DNA from: Nitrospirota bacterium
GTDB taxonomy: Bacteria; Nitrospirota; UBA9217
Assembly (NCBI GenBank): GCA_963741205.1
Contig: CAVUHW010000020.1
Span: forward strand, 160,001 to 224,000
DNA: 64,000 bases
Direction: 5' to 3'
A program made the translations under genes and the position numbers. Shown here one piece after another: positions 23,327 through 31,549 of the stretch; positions within the stretch are counted from its first letter, which is position 1, and every line of letters starts with the position of its first letter. A model generated the notes under the pieces. The model made no database searches. It was not told where the DNA came from and saw nothing but the letters and a program-made list of their open reading frames with translations.

Positions 23327-24001
23327 ATGATAAAAAACTTAAAAAAGATAGACCTGTTCAAAAATCTTTCAGACAAGGAACTCAAGGAGCTGGAGCCCTA
23401 CCTCATCACGACAACGTTAAAAAAGAAAGGGGATATTTTTTCGGAAGGCGACCAGCCGGAATGGTTTTATATCGTTTCAAAAGGAAAAGTGAAGATCACG
23501 AAGCTCTCCCATGAGGGCAAGGAGATCATTCTGGAGATCATCTCTCCGCCGGACATCTTCGGAGGAGTCGCAGTCCTTCGGAACTTCCCCTACCCTGCAA
23601 ATGCCGTTGCCATGGAGGACAGCGAGATAATCAAAATATCCCGTAAAAACCTCATGCGCTTGGTGGACCGCTTCCCGAACCTCATGTACTGCATCGCTCT
23701 CCAGCTGGGAGACCGGATGAAGAGCTCCTATGACTCGCTCAAGAACATCGCCCTCGAACGCGTCGAGGCGCGAATTGCCGCGCTGCTTCTGAAACTCGCC
23801 GGCAAGATAGGTATTGAAACAAATGAAGGGCTCCTCATCGATATGAGGCTTACCAAGCAGGATGTGGCCGACATGGTGGGCACTACGGTCGAGACCTCCA
23901 TCCGCACCTTCAGCAAGTTCAAGAAACAGGGGTTTCTGACGGACAAGAATGGCAAGATCGTCCTCAAGGACCGGGAAGGACTGGAGGAGCTTTCGTCGTG
24001 A
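23327..24001 (+). CDS. Crp/Fnr-family transcriptional regulator (HcpR/Dnr-like)
   Basis: cNMP-fold motifs F.EG and G.VKI; HTH LTKQDVADMVGTTVETSIR; no Fnr cysteine cluster. Confidence 0.92.
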   Translation: MIKNLKKIDLFKNLSDKELKELEPYLITTTLKKKGDIFSEGDQPEWFYIVSKGKVKITKLSHEGKEIILEIISPPDIFGGVAVLRNFPYPANAVAMEDSEIIKISRKNLMRLVDRFPNLMYCIALQLGDRMKSSYDSLKNIALERVEARIAALLLKLAGKIGIETNEGLLIDMRLTKQDVADMVGTTVETSIRTFSKFKKQGFLTDKNGKIVLKDREGLEELSS

Positions 24002-24050
24002 CAACACTTTAGTAATGGTCTCATAACAATAATTCGAATAGCAAATAGTT

Positions 24051-24141
24051 TGTCATCCCCGAATGCCTCTATCGGGGATCCATCCTGACGTTTAAAATAG
24101 ACAAAAATGGATTCCCGCTCAAAAACGTTGCGGGAATGACA
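24051..24141. repeat. Palindromic intergenic repeat copy between convergent genes
   Basis: tgtcatccccg...cggggatcca...tggattcccgc...gcgggaatgaca. Confidence 0.8.
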
Positions 24142-24169
24142 ATTTATAATGTGATCATCTTGTCGTTCG

Positions 24170-24583
24170 TTAATGAGGCTGCTCTACCTTCGTGAGCAGG
24201 GTCATCAGCATATTGTAGAAAAAAAGAAAGATGGCCAATGCCTGGATTGCCCCTGATAGTACGGTAAGCGTACGGAACATCCCGGTCGGGCTGTAGATAT
24301 TCAGCACATAGAACAGGAGCATCGACACGAGAGATATGTTCGCGAGATAGAATTGCGCCTCTCCTATCTTGTTGCTGTACAGCGGCCTCCCCATGAACCT
24401 AGGTAGGATGTGATAACCCACGCCGTAGATCATCATCGAGACCCAGCCCAGCATGTTCAGGTGCGAATGAACGAACTTCAAGGCCATTGCGTTCTGGCTC
24501 CCCAGCATAACGACGCCGAGCAGTGCCGCGATTCCCAGATATACGACGCTCATCACGATAAACCCTTTTACGAACCTGTCCAT
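24170..24583 (-). CDS. Four-TM membrane protein resembling a heme-copper oxidase subunit I fragment
   Basis: HSHLNMLGWVSMMIYG.GYHILPRF. Confidence 0.8.
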   Translation of the reverse strand: MDRFVKGFIVMSVVYLGIAALLGVVMLGSQNAMALKFVHSHLNMLGWVSMMIYGVGYHILPRFMGRPLYSNKIGEAQFYLANISLVSMLLFYVLNIYSPTGMFRTLTVLSGAIQALAIFLFFYNMLMTLLTKVEQPH

Positions 24584-24644
24584 AACGATACACCTCCCGA
24601 AGTTTTATTGTAGTCTTAGTATAGAGCATCCCGCGGCAGCGCGC

Positions 24645-24694
24645 TATGATGTGCCTCATAATCAGTCGAGAATAGTAGTATGACGCAGGTCATA
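24645..24694. promoter_or_regulatory. Two Crp/Fnr-type boxes TATGA-N6-TCATA (24645-24660 and 24679-24694)
   Basis: TATGATGTGCCTCATA and TATGACGCAGGTCATA in a divergent promoter region next to the Crp/Fnr gene. Confidence 0.75.
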
Positions 24695-24751
24695 GCGGTC
24701 ATGATCAAAACCTGATAGAGTATATCCAACAAACTACCTAAGGAGGCCACT

Positions 24752-24964
24752 ATGATCGCGGAAAAAAAGAAAGTAACGAAAGATACCATCATCGGTGACG
24801 TCATCAAGATGAGCCCAGCCGCAAAAGCGGTGATCCAGAAATACTTCGGCAACGGGTGTTTCACCTGTGCGGGCATCAACATGGAGTCCATATCCTTCGG
24901 CTCCATGATGCACAACATGGACCCGAACAAAATCGTTGACGAGATAAACGCACTGGAGGGATAA
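24752..24964 (+). CDS. DUF1858-family small protein (Hcp-associated type)
   Basis: TKDTIIGDV...GCFTC...ESI..G.M.H; AGGAGG RBS. Confidence 0.85.
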   Translation: MIAEKKKVTKDTIIGDVIKMSPAAKAVIQKYFGNGCFTCAGINMESISFGSMMHNMDPNKIVDEINALEG

Positions 24965-24965
24965 G

Positions 24966-25103
24966 ATGGCGGGCAAAGAGCTGAAATGTTTTGTGTGCGG
25001 GACCGATGACAAATCGAGGGTGTATCTGCCCTGCTACCATGAGGGAAAAGAAAAGGTCGTCTGCACCCGATGTCTGCCCATGCTAATCCACGGAGCGCAC
25101 TGA
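24966..25103 (+). CDS. 45-aa CxxC...CxxC metal-binding microprotein (absent from ORF track)
   Basis: MAGKELKCFVCGTDDKSRVYLPCYHEGKEKVVCTRCLPMLIHGAH; GGAGG RBS; starts 1 nt after the DUF1858 stop. Confidence 0.8.
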   Translation: MAGKELKCFVCGTDDKSRVYLPCYHEGKEKVVCTRCLPMLIHGAH

Positions 25104-25131
25104 TACTTGTTTATGACACGACCGTAAAGGA

Positions 25132-25192
25132 CCCATCCCCCTTCCCGCCCTCTCCCTTCAAGGGAAGGGTGAGGGTGGGGATGGGTTAAAAA
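25132..25192 (+). terminator. Large GC-rich hairpin (terminator or REP-like)
   Basis: cccatcccc...cccttcaaggg...ggggatggg. Confidence 0.5.
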
Positions 25193-25231
25193 AGCATGGA
25201 ATTTCACGGCCGACGCTGGTAAACTGTCTTC

Positions 25232-25935
25232 ATGAAAAACGAGTTGGCAATAATCCTCGTCAGCGGCGGCATGGACAGCTGTGTTACGGCAGCGCTCGCG
25301 AATGAAGAGTTTCGTCTTGCCTTTCTCCACGTAAACTACGGCCAGAGGACCGAGGCGCGTGAGCTGAAGGCGTTCAACGACGTAGCGGATTTTTATCAGG
25401 CTGACAAGCGGCTCATCGTCAGCCTGGAGCACCTCAAGGTAATCGGAGGCTCAGCCCTCACGGACGACAACAATCCCCGTCCCTGAAATCGGCTTTGCTT
25501 CCCAATCCGACGATCCACAATCCGCATATCCGACAATTCCCGATCACCTACGTCCCCTTCCGGAATGCGCACCTCCTCTCCATAGCCACTTCCTGGGCGG
25601 AGGTCATTGGCGCCGTGAAGATATTCATCGGCGCGGTGGAAGAAGACAGTTCAGGCTATCCCGACTGCCGGGAGACGTTCTATCAGGCCTTCAATAAAGT
25701 CATAGAAATGGGCACGAGGCCGGAAACGCGAATCGAGATCGTAACACCACTCATCCACTTGAAAAAGTCCGAAATCGTGAAGCGCGGCGTTGCGCTCGGC
25801 GCCCCGCTCAACCTCACCTGGAGCTGTTACCAGCGCAGCGAAAAAGCGTGCGGCAGGTGCGAGAGCTGCGCCCTGCGATTGAAGGGGTTCCGAGAAGCCG
25901 ACGTGAATGACCCCATCCTCTACGAAAAACTATAA
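25232..25935 (+). CDS. queC: 7-cyano-7-deazaguanine synthase (frameshift near 25475)
   Basis: SGGMDS, YGQR, TYVPFRN, YPDCR, TWSCY...CG.C.SC. Confidence 0.95.
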
Positions 25936-25981
25936 ACTCGTGCAGATGTTGCTTCTCGAAATGCATTGACACCGCACCGAA

Positions 25982-26932
25982 TCAGCGCGATAGCGCCATG
26001 GCCCGCCGCGTCTCCACGTACCGCGCAGCGGCAAGCGCTGCTATGCATCCGTCGGCCGTTGCAACCACAATCTGGTTGGCGAACTTTTGGCGCAAGTCTC
26101 CGGCCACGAAGATACCCGGGATGTTTGTCTCGCATTTCTCGTCCGTGATGACGAAACCCCGTTCGTTCATTCGGATCGCCGGTGGGATCAGCAGGTTATT
26201 CGGGTCATACCCGATAAAGATGAATATACCGTCCGTCGGCAGCGTCCGCTTTTCCCCGCTTTCGATGTTCTCAAGTGACACGGAGTCGACCATCAAACCG
26301 TCCCCCCGGATCTCCGTCACTATTGTATTCCAGATAACGTTGATACGCGGTTCGTTCATGAGACGATTGACCAGCATTTTCGCTGCCCGCAGCTCGTTTC
26401 TTCGATGAATGAGATATATTTTCTTAGCCAGACTCGACAGATACAGGGCCTCTTCCACGGCGGTGTCTCCCCCTCCGACTACCACGACAGTCTTGTCCCT
26501 GAAGAAAAAACCGTCGCATGTGCCGCAATAAGAGACGCCGGTCCCGAGGTATTTCGTTTCACCGGGAATCCCGAGCTTTCGAGCTGCCCCCCCCAAAGCG
26601 AGGATCAGGGCCACGGTCTGGAGCTCATCGCCGTCGGAAAGCAGCACCGTGTGAAAATCCGCTCCTGCTGATATCATGGATACCCCCTGGGGTCTGACGT
26701 GCAGGTCGTAGGACCTTGCATGATGGATCAGTTTCTCCGTCAGGTCGAACCCGGTTATCCCCTCCATACCGGGGTAGTTATCCACGTCTTTCGATATGGC
26801 GATCTGGCCGCCGATCAATCCCCTCTCAAAAAGAATCGTTTTCATTGCGGCCCTTTTTGCATAGAGCCCCGCGGCGAGTCCCGCGGGCCCGCCTCCCACG
26901 ATGATTACATCATAGGTATCCTTCACGTCCAT
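25982..26932 (-). CDS. trxB: Thioredoxin-disulfide reductase
   Basis: GGGPAG, VSYCGTCDG, GGGDTAVEEA. Confidence 0.93.
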   Translation of the reverse strand: MDVKDTYDVIIVGGGPAGLAAGLYAKRAAMKTILFERGLIGGQIAISKDVDNYPGMEGITGFDLTEKLIHHARSYDLHVRPQGVSMISAGADFHTVLLSDGDELQTVALILALGGAARKLGIPGETKYLGTGVSYCGTCDGFFFRDKTVVVVGGGDTAVEEALYLSSLAKKIYLIHRRNELRAAKMLVNRLMNEPRINVIWNTIVTEIRGDGLMVDSVSLENIESGEKRTLPTDGIFIFIGYDPNNLLIPPAIRMNERGFVITDEKCETNIPGIFVAGDLRQKFANQIVVATADGCIAALAAARYVETRRAMALSR

Positions 26933-27067
26933 ACCGCTCCTCCCCGGAATCGTTCCCGCATGCGGGTCTTTCCTTCTTGCTTCCTACTTTATAGTATATC
27001 GCGTTTTAATCGAGCTATAATCAAAGAGAAAATCATCAAACTTCAATCAGGCAGAGGACGACTACCG

Positions 27068-28228
27068 ATGAACATCTATCTGGACAATAACTCCACTACT
27101 CCACTCGCTCCCGAGGTCCTGGAGGCCATGCTGCCCTATCTCAACGAAAAATATGGCAATGCTTCCTCCATCCACACCGCCGGACGAGAAGCTAAAAAGG
27201 CCCTGGAGGAATCACGGGAAACCATCGCTCGCATCGTGGGGGCCACGAACCCGGAATGCATCTGTTTCACCGGGTCGGGATCGGAGGCTGACAACATGGC
27301 GATCAGGGGGGTTACCGGCGCCCTACGGCGCAAGGGGAACCACATTGTCACTTCGGCGGTGGAGCATCCAGCGGTCCTCAGTCCCTGCAAATTTCTGGAA
27401 GAGGAAGGCGCCCGGGTGACCTATGTAAAACCCGATGGAAACGGGCTGATCAGGGCTGACGTGGTCGCTGAGGCCTTGCGGGACGACACCGTTTTGATTT
27501 CCATCATGCATGCCAACAACGAAACAGGTACGATCAACCCCATCCCGGATATCGGCAGAATCGCGAGGGAACGAAACATCCTTTTCCATACGGACGCTGT
27601 ACAGAGCTTCTGCAAGGTCCCCTTCGCGGTTGATGAGCTCAGGGCCGATTTGCTATCGGTTTCGGCCCACAAGATCAACGGGCCCAAGGGAGTAGGCGCC
27701 CTGTACATCCGGGAAGGTGTGACCATTAAACCCCTGGTCTATGGCGGACATCAGGAGGTAAACCGGCGGGCAGGCACCGAGAACGTAGCAGGTATCGTGG
27801 GCATGGCAAAGGCAGCCCAACTCGGGATGGCGGGTTTGGAAAAGGAGGCCGCACGAATGCAGGCGCTCAGGGACAAACTGGAGAAAGGATTGCTGCAAAA
27901 GGTACCTCATACCCGGCTGAACGGCCATCCAACGATGAGGCTGCCCCATACCTTGAATCTCTCCTTTCCGTTTGTAGAATCCGAGTCCCTACTCCTCGAA
28001 TTGGACCTCAAGGGGGTGGAGGTGTCGTCAGGCTCGGCATGCACATCCGGGACGGGAGAACCTTCTCATGTGCTTTTGGCCATGGGGATTCCTCATGAGA
28101 TATGCCGCGGCGCCCTTCGCTTCTCTCTGGGAAGGGAGAACACGGAAACGGAGATCGATTATGTCCTCAAGGTGTTGCCTGAAATCGTTCATCGGATACG
28201 GGCGATGTCTCCTCTCTCTGCATCATAG
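27068..28228 (+). CDS. Cysteine desulfurase (IscS/NifS group I)
   Basis: YLDNNSTT, HTDAVQ, SAHK.NGPKG, SSGSACTS. Confidence 0.95.
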   Translation: MNIYLDNNSTTPLAPEVLEAMLPYLNEKYGNASSIHTAGREAKKALEESRETIARIVGATNPECICFTGSGSEADNMAIRGVTGALRRKGNHIVTSAVEHPAVLSPCKFLEEEGARVTYVKPDGNGLIRADVVAEALRDDTVLISIMHANNETGTINPIPDIGRIARERNILFHTDAVQSFCKVPFAVDELRADLLSVSAHKINGPKGVGALYIREGVTIKPLVYGGHQEVNRRAGTENVAGIVGMAKAAQLGMAGLEKEAARMQALRDKLEKGLLQKVPHTRLNGHPTMRLPHTLNLSFPFVESESLLLELDLKGVEVSSGSACTSGTGEPSHVLLAMGIPHEICRGALRFSLGRENTETEIDYVLKVLPEIVHRIRAMSPLSAS

Positions 28229-28386
28229 TGTAATATCCATCAACTTCCCCCTTCTGAGCATAGAAAAAGGACAGACGCAAGGCGGTCTGTGATTGCGGGC
28301 ATGCAGGCGCCGCTCGCCGCGAAAACCTGGTTTCCAGCAGTCGATTAGACCGGAACTGATATTTTTTTCGCGTTTACGAACGGATT

Positions 28387-29553
28387 TTACCTGGCTTCTT
28401 CGGATCTTCTCTTCCCGGATCGCCTCTCTTTTCCGGTTCTTCGCTCGGGTCCCTTGCGACCGGGGTCACGTAACCTTCTTCGATCGGCGAATGATCTTCG
28501 ATCAATCCGTGACCTGCGTTCTTTCTGCAGAAGGTCAAAAAGGTAGTCGAGCATCTCTTTCCGCTTTTCCAGGAGGAGGTCTTTGTGGGTCGTTTCGGCC
28601 AAGGCCGGCGCCGTCTTCAACTCGAAGCGATAATCCGATATGAGTGAGATGAGAACCTCTTCAATCCGTGTGAAGAACCCTGCGTCATTGTCCGTACCCT
28701 TGTCCTTGTTGTTTTTCACCTTATCCAGAAGGGCATCGAGCTCGCGAGAGGTTTTTTTCGCGTGGTCGTGAATGGATTCGTACAACCCTGTCAGGGCGTA
28801 TACATCTTCCCTGATAAAACTGGAAATTTCCTTCGACGCTTCCGCGACATCTTTTTGTAAAGTCTCTTGATATTGCTTCGGGATTGGACCACGGGGCAGG
28901 ACGTCCCTGAGACGCTCCCTGAAGTGTTCCTTGACCTCCTCGATCAGGCGCCTTTCTAAGCTCTTCCCGATCTGGACGTTCACGAGGACGACGATCGACG
29001 TTTCGCAGAGTTTTTCGATCTTGCCCAGATTGTCCCTGATATACTGGGCGATGTTGGCCAGTTCCCCAGCCAAGGCGACGCGTCGTTTCGTAAGCGCCTC
29101 AAGCGTGCTTTTGCGGTCCCTGACCATGACCCGAAGCCTGGTCAGCTTGGCCGCCTCATCCCTTTTTTTCGGGTTAAGCCTGCTCATTTCCGCTGCAGCG
29201 GTCGTGATGAACACCCTCGGTTTCTTGAAATCGAGGGTCGCAAGCGAGTGCGCGTGATATTTATATTGCTCCACCGCGGACTTGAGGGCGGGGTCAACAA
29301 AACAGGAATGGCGGAGCACGAAATAAAACATTTTTTCGCGGAAATTCGGCGTCTCTTCGACTCTGTGGAGGCGCTGCTCGAACGCCCTGAGCCTTTGAAT
29401 CAATTCGCCGTACGCTGCAGTGTCGTGCCCTTGTGGTTCTTTTCGGCCCACCTTTTTCGGACTCCGAAGAAATGAGTCAAGATCCTCCTGTGTCGGTGAG
29501 AGTTCAGTGGTCGCGCCGAATCGAAGGCCAAATATGGATCTATCTATAGTCAT
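28387..29553 (-). CDS. Hypothetical helical/coiled-coil protein with C-terminal [DE]RR repeats
   Basis: 388-aa ORF ending ERRSRIDRRSFADRR...ERRTGKERRSGKRR. Confidence 0.75.
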   Translation of the reverse strand: MTIDRSIFGLRFGATTELSPTQEDLDSFLRSPKKVGRKEPQGHDTAAYGELIQRLRAFEQRLHRVEETPNFREKMFYFVLRHSCFVDPALKSAVEQYKYHAHSLATLDFKKPRVFITTAAAEMSRLNPKKRDEAAKLTRLRVMVRDRKSTLEALTKRRVALAGELANIAQYIRDNLGKIEKLCETSIVVLVNVQIGKSLERRLIEEVKEHFRERLRDVLPRGPIPKQYQETLQKDVAEASKEISSFIREDVYALTGLYESIHDHAKKTSRELDALLDKVKNNKDKGTDNDAGFFTRIEEVLISLISDYRFELKTAPALAETTHKDLLLEKRKEMLDYLFDLLQKERRSRIDRRSFADRRRLRDPGRKGPERRTGKERRSGKRRSEEAR

Positions 29554-29591
29554 GGCAATAGTCCAAATAATTAGGATGGGACGACGCGACC

Positions 29592-29939
29592 CTATTTCAG
29601 CGTCTGCTCCTGACTACCGGGATCCACAAGCGGGAATCCGGATTTTTTCCAACCCTCCACTCCCCCGCCGAGGACCTTGACGTTACGAAACCCTTTTTCC
29701 AGGTATTCTGCTGCCCGACGGGCAGCACTCGCCTCCTTTGGTCAGCCTCAATAGAAAATGATTTCCTGCTCCCTGGACAGGGACGGGGCCCTGTTCTTAA
29801 ACTCGGCATACGAGGTGCCGCCTTCAAGATGCATTCTCTCGAACTTCTCCTCGTCGTCATAAGCGCAGACGAAAATGGCGGCGCCGGACAGGACCCTTTT
29901 TCTCGCTTCTTCCGGAGGGATTCTTTCAGGTTCGATCAT
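29592..29939 (-). CDS. Rhodanese-like selenoprotein with two in-frame UGA codons (UxU), 115 aa
   Basis: IIFY-TGA-G-TGA-PKEASAARRAAEYLEKGFRNVKVLGGGVEGWKKSGFP is in frame to a TAG. Complete rhodanese signature; GGAGGA RBS. Confidence 0.88.
29709..29727 (-). promoter_or_regulatory. Bacterial SECIS-like hairpin
   Basis: UGCUGCCC-GUC-GGGCAGCA; loop starts with GU, 22 nt after the second UGA and 28 nt after the first. Confidence 0.75.
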
Positions 29940-30020
29940 AGTTTATCTCCTCCATGCTTGTCAGAACTCCATAACACCAGTATAACACAGGAGCCCTCGC
30001 CGCTGCTATCGAGTCGCCTG

Positions 30021-31271
30021 CTACTGTAGGAAGCTCATCACTACGAGCATGGCCGTAAGCAGGACGAGGATCATCACGGTGAACCACGTGACGATATTCA
30101 TCCGTTTCGAATTGACGTACTCGCCCATGATCTCACGGTTGTTCACGAGCTTGAGCATGATGATGAGCACAAACGGCAGCAGGATGCCGTTGATCGTCTG
30201 GGAAAGGAACATGATCGAGATCAGCGGCACGTTCGGGATCAGGATGACCCCGGCGCCAATTACGATAAAGGCGGTATAGAAACCGAGGAACTGCGGCGCT
30301 TCCTTGAAGTTCTTGTTGAGCCCAGACTCCCAGCCGAAGGCCTCGGACAATCCGTAGGCCGTGGCCAGCGGCAAAACAAAGGCCGCGAGAAACGAAGCGT
30401 TCAAAAGACCCACGGCAAAGAGTTGTGACGCGAAGTTTCCCGCCAGAGGTTCGAGGGCCCGGGCCGCGTCCTCGGCGGAATCCACGATCACCCCCGCAGG
30501 ATGCAGAATGGTGCCCGTGGCCAGGACGATGAAAAAAGCGATGAACACGGTCATGATCGAGCCGGCGTAGACGTCGAACTTGGCGAAACCGTACTCCTCG
30601 ATCCTAACGCCCTTGTCTACCACGGCGGACTGGAGATAGAACTGCATGTACGGCGTGATCGTGGTCCCCACCATCGTGATAAAAAGGAGAAGATAGTCCT
30701 TGTCCATCCTCACGTGCGGCAGCGCTATCTGCCGTGCGACCTCTTTCCAGGGCGGATTCGACATCACCCCGGAAATCACGTAGGTCAGATAGATGAGGCT
30801 GATGGCGATGAGGAAGCGCTCGACCTGCTTGAAGTTCCCCTTGACGACCACCAGCCAGACGATGAAGGCGGAAACCGGCACGGACACGTATTTCGTGACA
30901 CCGAAAAGCTCCATGCTCGCGGCGATGCCCGCGAACTCGGCGATGGTGACGGTCAGATTGGCGAAGACGAAGAGCGCCATGATGCCGAGGGTTACCTTGA
31001 CGCCGAACTGCTCCCGGACAAGGTCGCCGAAGCCCTTGCCGGTCACCACTCCCATCCTCGACGACATTTCCTGGACCACCGCAAGGGCGACGGTGACGAG
31101 CAGCAGCGCCCAGAGCAGGCCGTAGCCTTCGCGGGCGCCCACAATGGAATAGGTCGCGATGCCGCCCGCGTCATTGCCGGCGTTTCCCGCGATGAATCCC
31201 GGGCCGATGACGCTTAAGATCGCGATCAGCCGGGCCCCCTTCAGCGTCTTGATTTGATCGAGTAACTTCAC
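30021..31271 (-). CDS. Nramp-family divalent metal transporter (Mg-type, MgtE-N associated)
   Basis: GPG.I...AGNDAGGIATYS and GTTITPY motifs. Confidence 0.92.
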   Translation of the reverse strand: MKLLDQIKTLKGARLIAILSVIGPGFIAGNAGNDAGGIATYSIVGAREGYGLLWALLLVTVALAVVQEMSSRMGVVTGKGFGDLVREQFGVKVTLGIMALFVFANLTVTIAEFAGIAASMELFGVTKYVSVPVSAFIVWLVVVKGNFKQVERFLIAISLIYLTYVISGVMSNPPWKEVARQIALPHVRMDKDYLLLFITMVGTTITPYMQFYLQSAVVDKGVRIEEYGFAKFDVYAGSIMTVFIAFFIVLATGTILHPAGVIVDSAEDAARALEPLAGNFASQLFAVGLLNASFLAAFVLPLATAYGLSEAFGWESGLNKNFKEAPQFLGFYTAFIVIGAGVILIPNVPLISIMFLSQTINGILLPFVLIIMLKLVNNREIMGEYVNSKRMNIVTWFTVMILVLLTAMLVVMSFLQ

Positions 31272-31329
31272 GTTTCAAAACCTCACAATATCTTCGCCGC
31301 ATTTGATATCGTTACTGCGAACCCTTTTC

Positions 31330-31518
31330 GTCACTCCCGTCCTTCCCGGCGTTTTGACAACAACCGGAAACGCCTTTGTCGGGAATCTATGATCCCAAAA
31401 TGATCAGGAGCAAAGACACACCCTGCACTCGCGCTATCGCACACCGAGCATTCGCGATGTAGCACTCATAACCGCTGGGCGCAGGCTGGATTCCGGCTTG
31501 AATCGTGACGGAATGATG
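31330..31518. repeat. Degenerate palindromic intergenic repeat
   Basis: gtcactcccg...cgggaatcta...tggattccgg...cggaatgatg. Confidence 0.5.
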
Positions 31519-31549
31519 GTCAACGGAAAGAAGTACCTGGCTCACTACG

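Noticed and set aside
15987-26932. Additional selenoproteins among the redox genes (TlpA, DUF1858, TrxB)
   Set aside because: Their redox motifs are encoded as Cys and no in-frame TGA readthrough is needed.
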